Shown here piece after piece: positions 35,990 through 45,918 of a stretch of 64,000 nt of DNA. How positions within the stretch are numbered: the stretch's first letter is position 1; each line of letters starts with the position of its first letter. The notes under the pieces are model-generated. The model was not told the origin of the DNA, ran no database searches, and was given only the letters and a program-made list of their open reading frames with translations. The DNA comes from an uncultured Candidatus Saccharibacteria bacterium. GTDB taxonomy: Bacteria; Patescibacteriota; Minisyncoccia; Minisyncoccales; UBA10102. A program made the translations under genes and the position numbers. The stretch spans positions 3,164 through 67,163 of the forward strand of contig CAYHVI010000001.1 of NCBI GenBank assembly GCA_964359655.1, written 5' to 3'.

Positions 35990-37237
35990 TTAAAATAGAC
36001 TTTTTTGAGTAGTTACGGTTTGTTGTTCTCCTTCTCCAAAGATTTTAATTTTGCCGTATTCTCCATCGTATCCCGGCTCAATGTTCACTTTCCCCTCTCT
36101 TACTCTCATAATACCTTCTGCAATTTCTGGCAAGGTGGCTTCTCTCAACGCACTGGGTTCTGCGTCAAGGAGCACAGCGAACTCATTTCCAAGTTTTTGA
36201 ATAAGTGCTTCGTATTCTTGTTGAACTTGTTTGCTTGCCACTCCCAGCCCTAAGGCGTCAGCAATGATCTCTTGGAGTGGAATGAGACTCTTGAAGGGTA
36301 CCGCTCCTGACGGAACAAAATCTTCTGGTCTATCGGCGAGCTCTGCGACGCGATTGAGAACTCCAATAGTAAGGGGTCTTCCGCATTTGGGGCACATATT
36401 ATTGAGTTTCTTTGATTCTTCAGGAGCCAAACTTATCCCGCAAAGCCGATGGCCATCGTAATGATACTTTCCTTCCTCGGGGAAAAACTCAACAGTAAAT
36501 AAAAACTTGGTTGGATCTTTTTTCTTGATTGCATCTGCTATCGCAAAATAACTTACCTCGGCATCAAACACATTCGCCTCCCTCCCTATTTTTGGGAGAC
36601 TATGGCTATCAGAGTTGCTGATAATGGCGACTTTATCCAGTGCCGAAAGTCGCCAGTTCATTGCGGGATCTGAACTCAATCCCGTTTCAATTGCATAAAT
36701 ATATTTTGTGTATTCATCAAAGCATTCTTCCAACGAGTTGAATCCAGACTTGGACCCAAATACAGAAAACCACGGTGTCCACGCATGTGCCGGAACCACC
36801 ATACAGTCAGATGAGGCGTCGAGCGCGATTTTTACCACTTCTTTTGCATCGATGCCAATGATGGGTCTTCCGTCTGCTTTTAAATTCCCCTGCCAACCCA
36901 ATCTCGTATTGATTTTCTCAACAGCTTCCAGTAAAGGAGCGAAAACCAAAAGATGAACTCTTCTCCCCCGCCCGCCTTTTGTATAAATGCAGCTCAATTC
37001 AGTGGTCAGCAAAAATCTCGTGTCCAGGTTGCTTCCCTTGAGTTTATACAAGCCCTGCTCTGCGGGCTCGAGTTTTTCTTGCAGCTCTTTGAACCACAAA
37101 GGATGCGTGAAATCGCCTGGGCTTATTACTTTGATCCCTTTGATTTTTGCCCACTTGTCCAAATTTTCCAAGTTCATATCCTGCGACGTCGCCCTCGCAT
37201 ATTTTGAATGAATGTGAAAGTCACCAACGAAACGCAT
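35990..37237 (-). CDS. Endonuclease Q family PHP protein
   Basis: DFHIHSKY, GDFTHP, PAHAWTPW, ETGLSSD, NSDSHS, CPKCG, GYDGEYG. Confidence 0.92.
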   Translation of the reverse strand: MRFVGDFHIHSKYARATSQDMNLENLDKWAKIKGIKVISPGDFTHPLWFKELQEKLEPAEQGLYKLKGSNLDTRFLLTTELSCIYTKGGRGRRVHLLVFAPLLEAVEKINTRLGWQGNLKADGRPIIGIDAKEVVKIALDASSDCMVVPAHAWTPWFSVFGSKSGFNSLEECFDEYTKYIYAIETGLSSDPAMNWRLSALDKVAIISNSDSHSLPKIGREANVFDAEVSYFAIADAIKKKDPTKFLFTVEFFPEEGKYHYDGHRLCGISLAPEESKKLNNMCPKCGRPLTIGVLNRVAELADRPEDFVPSGAVPFKSLIPLQEIIADALGLGVASKQVQQEYEALIQKLGNEFAVLLDAEPSALREATLPEIAEGIMRVREGKVNIEPGYDGEYGKIKIFGEGEQQTVTTQKSLF

Positions 37238-37366
37238 ATTCTTTTCTTACCAAAAATCATTCACTCTCGCAACTGTGATAAGTATATACGAGCAAACAAA
37301 AAAGATTAAGGAGGTTCAGGATATTGTTGACACGCTGAACGCTTAATCTTTTTTCTTTGTGGGATA

Positions 37367-38074
37367 TCAGGGAGGGTGCGATAGAAGTTGTATGAACTGA
37401 TTTGCCAAGCGTATAAGAGCTTCTCTTCGATGGTGTTGTTCGTACCACCTTCGAGAGAGTTGTAGCTCTCGAGCTATCTGTGCAGTACTCCTGCCTTCGA
37501 TGAATCTCTCTATGAGGAGCTGAAGAACTGCACTGTCTGGCAGCATCTTCAGTTCTCCTATTACCCGCTGTGCAGACTCCAAAAGGAGCTGTCTGAGCGC
37601 GGTCGCCTCACTGATTCCTGATCGCATCCGCAACTCCCTGATTATTGGTAGACGTGCTAACCTACAATGCTGAAGCCAGTTTGGATCCTGGAGATGTCGG
37701 TAGAGTTCTATGACTTGATCTGGTGCGGGAAGTCGCTGCCCAGTCCCTTTTTGTTTTTTGGTAGGGCGCTCGATAGAACTACTGATTGAGTTAAACGAGC
37801 CTTCTGGATCTTCAAGATCAACTTTCATAAACTGCACTAGGCCGCGTCCTTCTGGAGTAATACACTGCAAGATCTTTGTTCCTCGTGGTTTATCAGGATA
37901 AGCTGGAACGAGTTTAATCAGTTGCGCCTGGAGCAGTTGTGCTCTGATGTTTTGTGCCCTACGTCTTGTTAACTTGAGCGCTTCATCTCGCTGGTGCAAA
38001 GAAAGCAAAGGACTCATTAAAATATGCACGAGATATCTGATAAGCTCAGGGGTGATACGAATAGACGGTTTCAT
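37367..38074 (-). CDS. Putative DNA-binding regulator (wHTH-like N-terminus, sigma region-4-like C-terminal HTH)
   Basis: ITPEGR wing; LLIERFIEGRSTAQIARELQLSRR. Confidence 0.65.
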   Translation of the reverse strand: MKPSIRITPELIRYLVHILMSPLLSLHQRDEALKLTRRRAQNIRAQLLQAQLIKLVPAYPDKPRGTKILQCITPEGRGLVQFMKVDLEDPEGSFNSISSSIERPTKKQKGTGQRLPAPDQVIELYRHLQDPNWLQHCRLARLPIIRELRMRSGISEATALRQLLLESAQRVIGELKMLPDSAVLQLLIERFIEGRSTAQIARELQLSRRWYEQHHRREALIRLANQFIQLLSHPP

Positions 38075-38113
38075 GCTACACCTCGATTCTTGGCCGAATT
38101 GCGTGCTATTAAT

Positions 38114-38174
38114 ATTCTAGAATAAAATAATAATCTTGTCAACATTGACATAGCGAGTCATATATGCTACTAAT
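38114..38174. promoter_or_regulatory. Back-to-back divergent sigma70 promoters
   Basis: TGTCAAcaTTGACA at 38137-38150; minus TTGACA-17-TAGAAT; plus TTGACA-17-TACTAA. Confidence 0.7.
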
Positions 38175-38232
38175 GTCATAGTCCCCAGCACTTTAACAAT
38201 GTGCCATAACGCTGTTTTTAGGAGATAAACAG

Positions 38233-38988
38233 ATGCCAACACGCCAATTGTCGCCAACAGAGCGAGAGAACGTTAACAAGAACAGAGTGCAGTGGGCAGA
38301 GAAACTTGCTGCAGTTCTTCGAGAATGGTGCACAATTAATCAGTACATGCCTCGGAAACTACTGGCGCAAGAGCTGGGAATCCTCGACAACAACTGGAAA
38401 CATATTGTCGTTGGCGATGGTCTGACCGACGATATTTCGATCTACGCCCGCCTGCACGTCAGGACCGAGCTTGCTGAAGCTGATCCTCGAACAGTTCCTC
38501 CAAAGGCTCTGTATGCGCCCAGAGGGCTGTATTATTACGAAAGAGCATACGCGTGGACTGAACATGAATACACTTTATGGCTAAACCGTCATGGTTATTC
38601 GCTTCCCAGAGAGGTACAGACTTCTGTTCCGGTAACGGACGAACTCCCAGACATTAGGACGCTCTTCGAACAACTGCTACTCGACCCATTAGCGCAACGG
38701 ATTGTTCGGGCACTCGAACCTCGTCTTCTGAAAGCAATGGGATCTGCGATTGGTGACAAGCACCCTACTGCGCAGTCCGATGATGTCGGCGTTCTTGCCG
38801 ACAAGCTGTACAATGCTCTTGTGGCGTATGTCGAGGGAACCCCGGAAGAAAGGGATCAACTGATGGCAAAATATGGGAAAACCCATCTTGCAAGGGTGTA
38901 CTCACTTTTGCGGGATCTTAGTCTCCCGCCCGATGATCGAGAACAGGCGTTAAAAGTGAACCAAACCATTTCTGAAAGGAGTAGATAA
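38233..38988 (+). CDS. Hypothetical protein with a possible XRE-like HTH
   Basis: SD AGGAG; RKLLAQELGI...WKHIVVG. Confidence 0.7.
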   Translation: MPTRQLSPTERENVNKNRVQWAEKLAAVLREWCTINQYMPRKLLAQELGILDNNWKHIVVGDGLTDDISIYARLHVRTELAEADPRTVPPKALYAPRGLYYYERAYAWTEHEYTLWLNRHGYSLPREVQTSVPVTDELPDIRTLFEQLLLDPLAQRIVRALEPRLLKAMGSAIGDKHPTAQSDDVGVLADKLYNALVAYVEGTPEERDQLMAKYGKTHLARVYSLLRDLSLPPDDREQALKVNQTISERSR

Positions 38989-38989
38989 C

Positions 38990-40972
38990 ATGGTCACGCG
39001 AGATAGGATAGATTTCAACGGCGTATCCAGAATCAACACAGCCAAGGCCATTCTGCTGTTGGCCAGGGTGTATGCGCGGAATCCTGTTGAGATTCTCGCG
39101 CAATACATCGAGAACTCCATTGACGCCCGTGCAACCCAAGTGATCGTTGAGATGACACGAGATCGAATCGTCATCGCTGACAACGGGTCTGGTATGACCC
39201 CTTTCATTCTGCCAGACGATTTGACTGTCTTGCAGATGTACGCAGACGATGCCGCGCAAGGGAGACTTGATCCAGACTTCGACTTTCGCACTCTGATGAA
39301 CCCAGTCTCACTTCATAGTCTCCAGTGGATGAGAGAATGCATTGCCTTCTCTCCTAAGATTCCCGAGACGGGCACAATTGCAGGACAGCCACAACGCGGA
39401 ATGTTGGGTATCGGTATTGCGGCATTCCACCAGATCGCAAATCAAGCAGTCTGGCTTACGAGGCCGAACCTTGAGCTCGCACGGATGTATTGGGGCCCTC
39501 GCATAAACGCAGAGGACATCCCAGTCTTAAGGCTTGAGCCTCCTACGACCAAAATGCTCGACGGGATGAACTCGTCTTACCATATCGGCGAGACAGAAAA
39601 TCCCTTTGCTGATCCGTATGGTCGGAAACTTCAGTCAGGGACAATCATAGAGATTACATCTCTCACCCCTGGGCTGGACAAGGTTTTTCGGCCAGCTCTT
39701 CTTCAGCATCACTTCGCCAACCGCTTTGGTGAGGATACCAGAAGAGGAGTGAGCATTATCATCAGGGGGAGTCTCACGACTGACCCCACCCGAACTCCAC
39801 GCTTGCGCGAGGTAAGAGTGCAGCCCGTGATCCACCGAGGGATACCAGTGGTGGTAAAAACCACGATGTTTCTCGAGAATGGACAGTATCCTTTTGGGGT
39901 TGAGATCTACTACACCCCCTCTGGCCGTGGAGCAACAGGACTCAAACTACGGAGACTCGGGAGTGACGTCGCCCCGTTGACCGATCTTCCCCCGTTTCAA
40001 ACCCCTCCGTGGACCTTGCCATTATCAGGCTACGTGGAGTTTCCCAACACTCCGGAGGCTCCGTGGAATCCAGATAAAACCCTTCCAGTGGCCTCCAGGA
40101 TACTTCAGCAGTGGGAGGAAGTGATCCTGGCTCTTGCTCCTCAAATCGAGGACGTGGTTGAGCGAACCCAAAAGAGTGCAGAGGATGTACGTCTAAAGGA
40201 ATTTGCGAAGGAAGCAGAGGCTGCTACCGTAGAGGCAATCAGAAACCTCCCCATTTTCCAGAACTCATTGGGAGGCTTCCTGGCAGGCAAGAGAAGACAG
40301 GGAAAGGGTACTACCCCTCGTGTCGAAGATCGAGTAATCGTTTCTGTACGAGGAGAGTATAACCAAGGGATTCCTGGAATCTCCATTGAACTGTGCTCTG
40401 GAGTAAAGAATCCTCAACCCCTGGAGACACGCAAGACCGGCAAGAGTGGAGCAATCTCTTTTGGTCGGTTTGCTCCAGGAACCTACCTAGTTCGAGTAGT
40501 GGACTTACCAGAACACATGACCCTCCAGGATCCTGTAGACTTCAAGTTCAGACTCACTTCGGCAGAACCTGGAATTCGTGTAACATTCCGCGTGACCACT
40601 GGCGAGCAACCGCCAGAACAGACCAAGATACCCCCGGTAAGGATTGAGTTTGTCCCAGGTGATGATCCGGGTTTGTTATATAGAACTGACCGACTCCAGA
40701 CTTTTGGGGTAATTGAGGTCAACTCTACGGCCGACGGTGTTCGAGAGGCCTTAGCAGAAATGCTCGAGAGCAATGATTACGCTCGCCTCAATGCCATTAC
40801 TGCACAGATTGAGGCAGCGGCACTAACCGCTACTGTACTCAAGGGCGAGGTATCAGAACTCTTCCAGCAGGCGTGTCAGTTTGCTGTTCGACTCTACACC
40901 GAACTACTAAAAGCTGATACCCAAAGACAGCAAAAACTCCAGCAGCAACGCAGAAGGGCAAGACAGAGCTAA
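38990..40972 (+). CDS. GHKL (HATPase_c_3/MORC-like) ATP-binding protein with a beta-sandwich domain
   Basis: QYIENSIDA, IADNGSGM, GMLGIG, GTIIEI; later GIPGISIEL...KTGKSGAISFG...PGTYLVRV. Confidence 0.8.
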   Translation: MVTRDRIDFNGVSRINTAKAILLLARVYARNPVEILAQYIENSIDARATQVIVEMTRDRIVIADNGSGMTPFILPDDLTVLQMYADDAAQGRLDPDFDFRTLMNPVSLHSLQWMRECIAFSPKIPETGTIAGQPQRGMLGIGIAAFHQIANQAVWLTRPNLELARMYWGPRINAEDIPVLRLEPPTTKMLDGMNSSYHIGETENPFADPYGRKLQSGTIIEITSLTPGLDKVFRPALLQHHFANRFGEDTRRGVSIIIRGSLTTDPTRTPRLREVRVQPVIHRGIPVVVKTTMFLENGQYPFGVEIYYTPSGRGATGLKLRRLGSDVAPLTDLPPFQTPPWTLPLSGYVEFPNTPEAPWNPDKTLPVASRILQQWEEVILALAPQIEDVVERTQKSAEDVRLKEFAKEAEAATVEAIRNLPIFQNSLGGFLAGKRRQGKGTTPRVEDRVIVSVRGEYNQGIPGISIELCSGVKNPQPLETRKTGKSGAISFGRFAPGTYLVRVVDLPEHMTLQDPVDFKFRLTSAEPGIRVTFRVTTGEQPPEQTKIPPVRIEFVPGDDPGLLYRTDRLQTFGVIEVNSTADGVREALAEMLESNDYARLNAITAQIEAAALTATVLKGEVSELFQQACQFAVRLYTELLKADTQRQQKLQQQRRRARQS

Positions 40973-41009
40973 GGAATTCAACAACCCTTTGGACTCTGCA
41001 ACGCTAAGT

Positions 41010-41040
41010 AAGGATAGGGAGCTTCTCCCTATCCTTTTTT
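41010..41040 (+). terminator. Intrinsic terminator
   Basis: AGGATAGGGAG-CTT-CTCCCTATCCT plus TTTTT. Confidence 0.85.
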
Positions 41041-41078
41041 CTTTGGATCTGTTGTACAATGTAAACTTCTAACGGGAT

Positions 41079-41843
41079 TCATAGAAAACTATATTGTCGA
41101 ATATTTTTTTCGTAATTGGGAATTTTGCAGAGCCACTCCTCGTTCGTCCATTCCCAGCGTTCTTTCAAGTCAAAGAAATGTTCCAAGTCGCGCTCATACC
41201 CCTTGAGCTCGCAAAACTCAATCTCCCCTTTCATGCCGCTCCATTGATGATTGCATACCTCGTTTCCTCCAACGATCCTTGCTCTTCCATATTTCTCTCG
41301 CATTCTTGCCAAACATCCTAAACATTCCTTGTATTGATCCACTCGCAAAATCCAGCGTTTCTTGCATACCCGTTCCCCCATTTGATTGTATGCATTCATA
41401 TAGGCAGCAGTTTGCAATCCATATTCTTTGGTCAAGGTTGTGCTCGTTTTCAAATCGATAATGCTTAACACTCCTTCAACCTCTGCGACAATATCAACAG
41501 TTCCTGCATACCCCCGTTCTAAATCCACAACTCTTCGCTCAATATCTTGAGCGGGATTGCTTACTCGGAAAGGATACTGCTCTCGCCACTTGCAGAATGT
41601 TTCAATACTCACTGCAATGCGCGCGTCAAACTGCGCCCTTTCGCCCTTGAGAATTTTCTCTACGGCTTCGTGGATCATTGTGCCCCACAAAGCTGCCTGT
41701 TGGAATCCAAACCGCCTTCCCAAAGGATCTGACTTTTTCAAAAAAGAAGACCCGCCTGCTAAAGCAGTAATGGATGTTACGCGAGGAAACCACACTCCAT
41801 CAATCTCATACCCAAATTTTTCTCTGAACAAATCTGCTGTCAT
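41079..41843 (-). CDS. PD-(D/E)XK nuclease family protein (phage exonuclease/RecB-like)
   Basis: PRVTSI, GTMIH, YAGTVD, IIDLKTS, LQTAAY; start could be 41861. Confidence 0.85.
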   Translation of the reverse strand: MTADLFREKFGYEIDGVWFPRVTSITALAGGSSFLKKSDPLGRRFGFQQAALWGTMIHEAVEKILKGERAQFDARIAVSIETFCKWREQYPFRVSNPAQDIERRVVDLERGYAGTVDIVAEVEGVLSIIDLKTSTTLTKEYGLQTAAYMNAYNQMGERVCKKRWILRVDQYKECLGCLARMREKYGRARIVGGNEVCNHQWSGMKGEIEFCELKGYERDLEHFFDLKERWEWTNEEWLCKIPNYEKNIRQYSFL

Positions 41844-41844
41844 T

Positions 41845-42372
41845 TTACACTGCAATTCCAAAAAGTGTTTTTACTGCCCAACCCACTCCGTACGACACCA
41901 AAGCCGCTATCCCTCCTATGAGCAGTATTTCGAGTCCGCCCTCCAGAAAACTCCCTTTGGTAACGAGCCTGCGTGCCGCACCCACAGCGAAAAAAGAAAG
42001 TCCTGCCAACAGGCTGGATACAAAAAACTGTTGAGCGCCAAAAAAATTAAGCAAGTAGGGAACCAATGGAATAATCCCAGCCCCCACAAAGGCTATAAAT
42101 GTTACCAGTCCGTGCTCAAAAGGTTCTGTAAAGCCGGTCTCTTTCTTTGCCAAATCATGCTCTGTTCTGACGGCGAGGAAATTTGATGCTCCCATAGAAA
42201 ATCCATCAGCAAGCAGGTTTGCCAAGCCTAAAATAATAACCACTCCCGGAGAAAGGAGTGCGCCAGTGGCTCCTGCCACTACGGCAAAAGTTGTTACAAT
42301 GCCATCGTTCGCTCCATACACAAAATTTCCAATATACGTGCCGTCTCGAAACCTTCTCAAAAACGCGTTCAT
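41845..42372 (-). CDS. VIT1/CCC1 iron/manganese transporter family
   Basis: [28 protein letters not shown]. Confidence 0.92.
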   Translation of the reverse strand: MNAFLRRFRDGTYIGNFVYGANDGIVTTFAVVAGATGALLSPGVVIILGLANLLADGFSMGASNFLAVRTEHDLAKKETGFTEPFEHGLVTFIAFVGAGIIPLVPYLLNFFGAQQFFVSSLLAGLSFFAVGAARRLVTKGSFLEGGLEILLIGGIAALVSYGVGWAVKTLFGIAV

Positions 42373-42403
42373 AAGAATTCTTTATTGTATCCATTCAGCC
42401 TGC

Positions 42404-42682
42404 TCAAGGCAAGGTTGAAAAATTCTCCAATTCTCCACTCGGCTTCTCGTAGTTCACTTCGCATCGGTCTACCTTTGCTCCAGGTGGTCCTTGTTTGCAC
42501 CATTCCGCAAACTGCTCTACTGCTTCTTTCTCCCCTTCACACACAAGCTCAACTCTTCCGTCTGCAAGATTGCGTACCCACCCTCCAAGCCCGAATTCCT
42601 GCGCTCTTTGCTGCGCGCCAGCTCGAAAAAAGACCCCCTGCACTCTTCCTGAAACTACAATATGTATTCTTGCCTTTTCCAT
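42404..42682 (-). CDS. acyP: Acylphosphatase
   Basis: SGRVQGVFFR, GWVRNLADGRVE, GPPGAKV. Confidence 0.96.
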   Translation of the reverse strand: MEKARIHIVVSGRVQGVFFRAGAQQRAQEFGLGGWVRNLADGRVELVCEGEKEAVEQFAEWCKQGPPGAKVDRCEVNYEKPSGELENFSTLP

Positions 42683-42685
42683 TCT

Positions 42686-43831
42686 TTATTGCGCAACAAT
42701 CTCCAAAATCGCTCCCAGAATAAGCATGATTACAAGCAAAAGTATGAGAAATCTTGGAACCTGCACCCTATATTCGGGTTCCCTCATGCTTTTTTGCCTT
42801 GCCTTCTGGTAGATCAAAACAATCACCACTCCTTCGAATACTCCAATAAAAGCACCAACCACGCCCATCACGGCAATGAATTCTCGAAACCCAACCAAAA
42901 AAAGAAGTAAAGGAGTGCCCAAGGCAATTCCTGCAGCAACAGCATCGGAAACCTTATGATCATATCGAAGGGAATTTTTGAGATAGTTTCCGAGCACCAA
43001 AAAAGAAGTTGCGAGGGCAATCATCCCAAACAAGGCACCGAGGATAACAACGTGATTCCCTAAAAAGGGAGTTAAACCCGAGAGCGCGTCTTGCGAAGTT
43101 TGGGGCCCTGAAACTCCGATCACAAAAAATGTAAACAATGCATATAAAGCTCCGCAAGGCACGAAGGCCCACCAGATGAGATTGTCGAGATTCCCTTTTT
43201 CTTTACGATTTTTAAACAACTCTGCAACTTCTGGAATCGCAGCCCATCCTGCAAACGCAAAAAGTACGACTCCGTACGGTAAAAAGATATGAGCGGCATC
43301 AAAAAGAACGAAATTCTCAAGGTGCACCTTAGGAATTGCAAAGAGGAAAACTCCAAAGATTACAAGAAAGAGTGCAAGACTCAACAAAAATTCCATCTTT
43401 GCAATGGTTTGAATTCCCCGAAGGATAAACAAAGAAAAAAATGCCCAAAATAAAAGCGAGTACACAAAACTGGAAAAAGGGAGAAACGATGAAAAAATAA
43501 TCTCCAAAAAATCGCCAGCAATAATAATATATGCCAAAAGTGCTCCTACCATTCCCACAATCGTAGAAACAGTTACAAGTTTTTTTGCCCACTTTCCAAG
43601 ATACAAAGAGGCATATCCTATTAAGCGATGTTTCTCTTTGGTACGCAAAGCAATCTCGCCAAACATTAAATGCAACAACAAGACCACTCCTCCAAGTACC
43701 ACGAAATAAAAAATGCCGGGGATAATCCCGCTTTTGGAAATCACATAGGGCAATCCAAAAATTCCTGCGCCCACAATCGTCCCCACCAATGTTGAGAATG
43801 CCAAAACAAATCTGCTGTTCATGCTCTTCAT
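42686..43831 (-). CDS. Aromatic amino acid permease family (Trp/Tyr transporter-like)
   Basis: GTIVGAGIFGLP, PYGVVLFA, ALATSF; about 11 TM. Confidence 0.85.
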   Translation of the reverse strand: MKSMNSRFVLAFSTLVGTIVGAGIFGLPYVISKSGIIPGIFYFVVLGGVVLLLHLMFGEIALRTKEKHRLIGYASLYLGKWAKKLVTVSTIVGMVGALLAYIIIAGDFLEIIFSSFLPFSSFVYSLLFWAFFSLFILRGIQTIAKMEFLLSLALFLVIFGVFLFAIPKVHLENFVLFDAAHIFLPYGVVLFAFAGWAAIPEVAELFKNRKEKGNLDNLIWWAFVPCGALYALFTFFVIGVSGPQTSQDALSGLTPFLGNHVVILGALFGMIALATSFLVLGNYLKNSLRYDHKVSDAVAAGIALGTPLLLFLVGFREFIAVMGVVGAFIGVFEGVVIVLIYQKARQKSMREPEYRVQVPRFLILLLVIMLILGAILEIVAQ

Positions 43832-43994
43832 TATACGAAAAAGGGAGAGGGAAAGAAATGAGCTCAAGATTGCAGAGGTTTTATACTTATTATTTAAAGA
43901 GTATGCCGATTATTTGAATGCCTCAAGGACAAAAAATTGACCAGGATTCTTCATCCTGGCCAATCTCTCAACTCCATTGAGCTCTACTGCGCTC

Positions 43995-45821
43995 TCATTG
44001 CGGAAAGAGAGTTGAAACCTCCTTTTCAGTAAATCCTGCTCTCGTGAGATCTCGAGCAAGGGAGTATCGGCTGTAGCCTCCAGCAGAAGCGGAGAGCATC
44101 AACGTCCGCCCACCTTTCTCGAAAATTTGGTGAGAAGATGCCTTTGCTCTAACTCTACGCCATCCCTGCTTCCGAACACTGCGTTCTAGCTCTTTATATC
44201 GAGGACTAGCCGGCAACCAGGAAACAGGAACCCGAGACTTGAATGCACCATCTCTGGATTGCTGGATCACTCTCGCTGTCTCTTCTTCAACTAACGGAAG
44301 GCCTGCATCTATACGCTTCCTCTTTCGAGGAACCGTTTGATGGGGTTTGGCTTTCGAAAGAGTTTCCTCCTGCTTCCCATCTTGGAGAATGAGCTTCGCA
44401 TGCTTAAGTGTTGATGCACGCTGAATTACAGTTCCGATTTCCTGTGGAGTTTTATCGGGAAACTGCCCCCAGAGGTGTATCCCGGTCCTTAGATATTCGG
44501 GCGCTAAACCACCACAGAGGAGCGCGTATATCTTTTCTGGATCGTTAGCCTGACATTGTTCGTGGATATACGCAATGAGATCGGTCCTGAGCGGCAACAG
44601 GCTTGCGGCCTGCAATTCCTCTAAAAGTTCAGGCAGCACTCCTTTTTGCGCCAGACTTCTTGCCTGGGCAAATGTTTCGGTGTATGGCATCAAAGCAACA
44701 CACGGCGCCATATCGCGAACTGGAACATTGTGGTGATACAGCCACGCTGCCTTACGGATACCATCCTGCTTCATTCCTTCCTCTCCCACTACCCTACTAA
44801 GCTCTAGGTGGTCTTGTGGAATCAGAAAGATTCCATACTTGATGCAAGAGAGCACAAACCCTTTCTGAAGTCGGTGTTCTTGTATCATTTGAGTCAGCTC
44901 TCCAAGCATCTCTAGGGTATAGAAACAGGTAGTAAACCCGCGTCCGAGATTGTAGGTAGCTTGATATCTCTCTCCCAAGTAAGCAAAGGGGTGGCCTATA
45001 TCTCCCGTGATGGTTGTTGATTCTCCCAATACTCGGCCGTCTCGATCCACCCAGCGATTTCTGATTGACTTGCAGTGCAGTTGATGAACTGCAAGCATGA
45101 TAGAATCTCGAAGCGCCATTACTGCATCTGCAATAACATTCCATTCTTTTTCGATCCGTTCTTCAGACCAAGAAATCCAACAGCAGCGTCCACGCTCAAG
45201 ACCGGCGATATACAGCATTGCATCGGCTGTTTTCTTTTTGGGAAGGATGCTGAAAGGCTGGGTGAAAGTGATGACATTTAATATCCTCACTATCACGCCG
45301 ATTCCTTGAGGAGATAATCCCTTAACCTTGAAACCACGGATAGCAGGATACCACAGGATTCTTTCGATCAGCAAACCCATGCGCGACATCCCGGTAGCCT
45401 CTCGAACATAGGCCAGTTGTTTTTCCAGGAGATTTGTCTGGATTCGCATCATCCCTATCCGCGCCGCTACTTGCCGATCCCACTGAAAGACAGGAATACC
45501 ACGTTTTCTTGGAGCTCTCTGCGGTTTCCTGTGCATTCGTCTCGTTCTGCCGCCAAGCGTCATAGTGAAGTCTGTGATACCTAGTTGTTCCATCTCATTT
45601 TGCGCATCCTGCCAAAATCCCTCAAGCGCCATCTGATAGGTTGCTGCGGTGATCCTGTGCTGACCGCAGATGACAGCCAGAGACAGGGGGAGGTTGAAAG
45701 AACCTTGCAGGCCAAGATTCTTATTCCAACCGCACCACACGAGGGACACCATGATGTATGCTTTCACGTAGTACCAGACAATTTTTATACGTGCTATGGA
45801 AAGAGCAGAACCTACCTTCAT
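43995..45821 (-). CDS. Hypothetical 608-aa protein with a C-terminal HicA-like domain
   Basis: SD AAGGAGGAGG; C-term YKELERSVRKQGWRRVRAKASSHQIFEKGGRTLML. Confidence 0.7.
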   Translation of the reverse strand: MKVGSALSIARIKIVWYYVKAYIMVSLVWCGWNKNLGLQGSFNLPLSLAVICGQHRITAATYQMALEGFWQDAQNEMEQLGITDFTMTLGGRTRRMHRKPQRAPRKRGIPVFQWDRQVAARIGMMRIQTNLLEKQLAYVREATGMSRMGLLIERILWYPAIRGFKVKGLSPQGIGVIVRILNVITFTQPFSILPKKKTADAMLYIAGLERGRCCWISWSEERIEKEWNVIADAVMALRDSIMLAVHQLHCKSIRNRWVDRDGRVLGESTTITGDIGHPFAYLGERYQATYNLGRGFTTCFYTLEMLGELTQMIQEHRLQKGFVLSCIKYGIFLIPQDHLELSRVVGEEGMKQDGIRKAAWLYHHNVPVRDMAPCVALMPYTETFAQARSLAQKGVLPELLEELQAASLLPLRTDLIAYIHEQCQANDPEKIYALLCGGLAPEYLRTGIHLWGQFPDKTPQEIGTVIQRASTLKHAKLILQDGKQEETLSKAKPHQTVPRKRKRIDAGLPLVEEETARVIQQSRDGAFKSRVPVSWLPASPRYKELERSVRKQGWRRVRAKASSHQIFEKGGRTLMLSASAGGYSRYSLARDLTRAGFTEKEVSTLFPQ

Positions 45822-45918
45822 CTTCCTCCTCCTTTAGTTTTCCAAGTATTTTGGTAGGAATAGCTATCTTTTTTATATAATATCCTAGAAATAATACAAA
45901 TCTCGTGCTCCTTTTATG

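Noticed and set aside
41557-42186. 209-aa plus-strand ORF (likewise 48269-48913)
   Set aside because: Antisense to well-supported genes; no recognisable motifs
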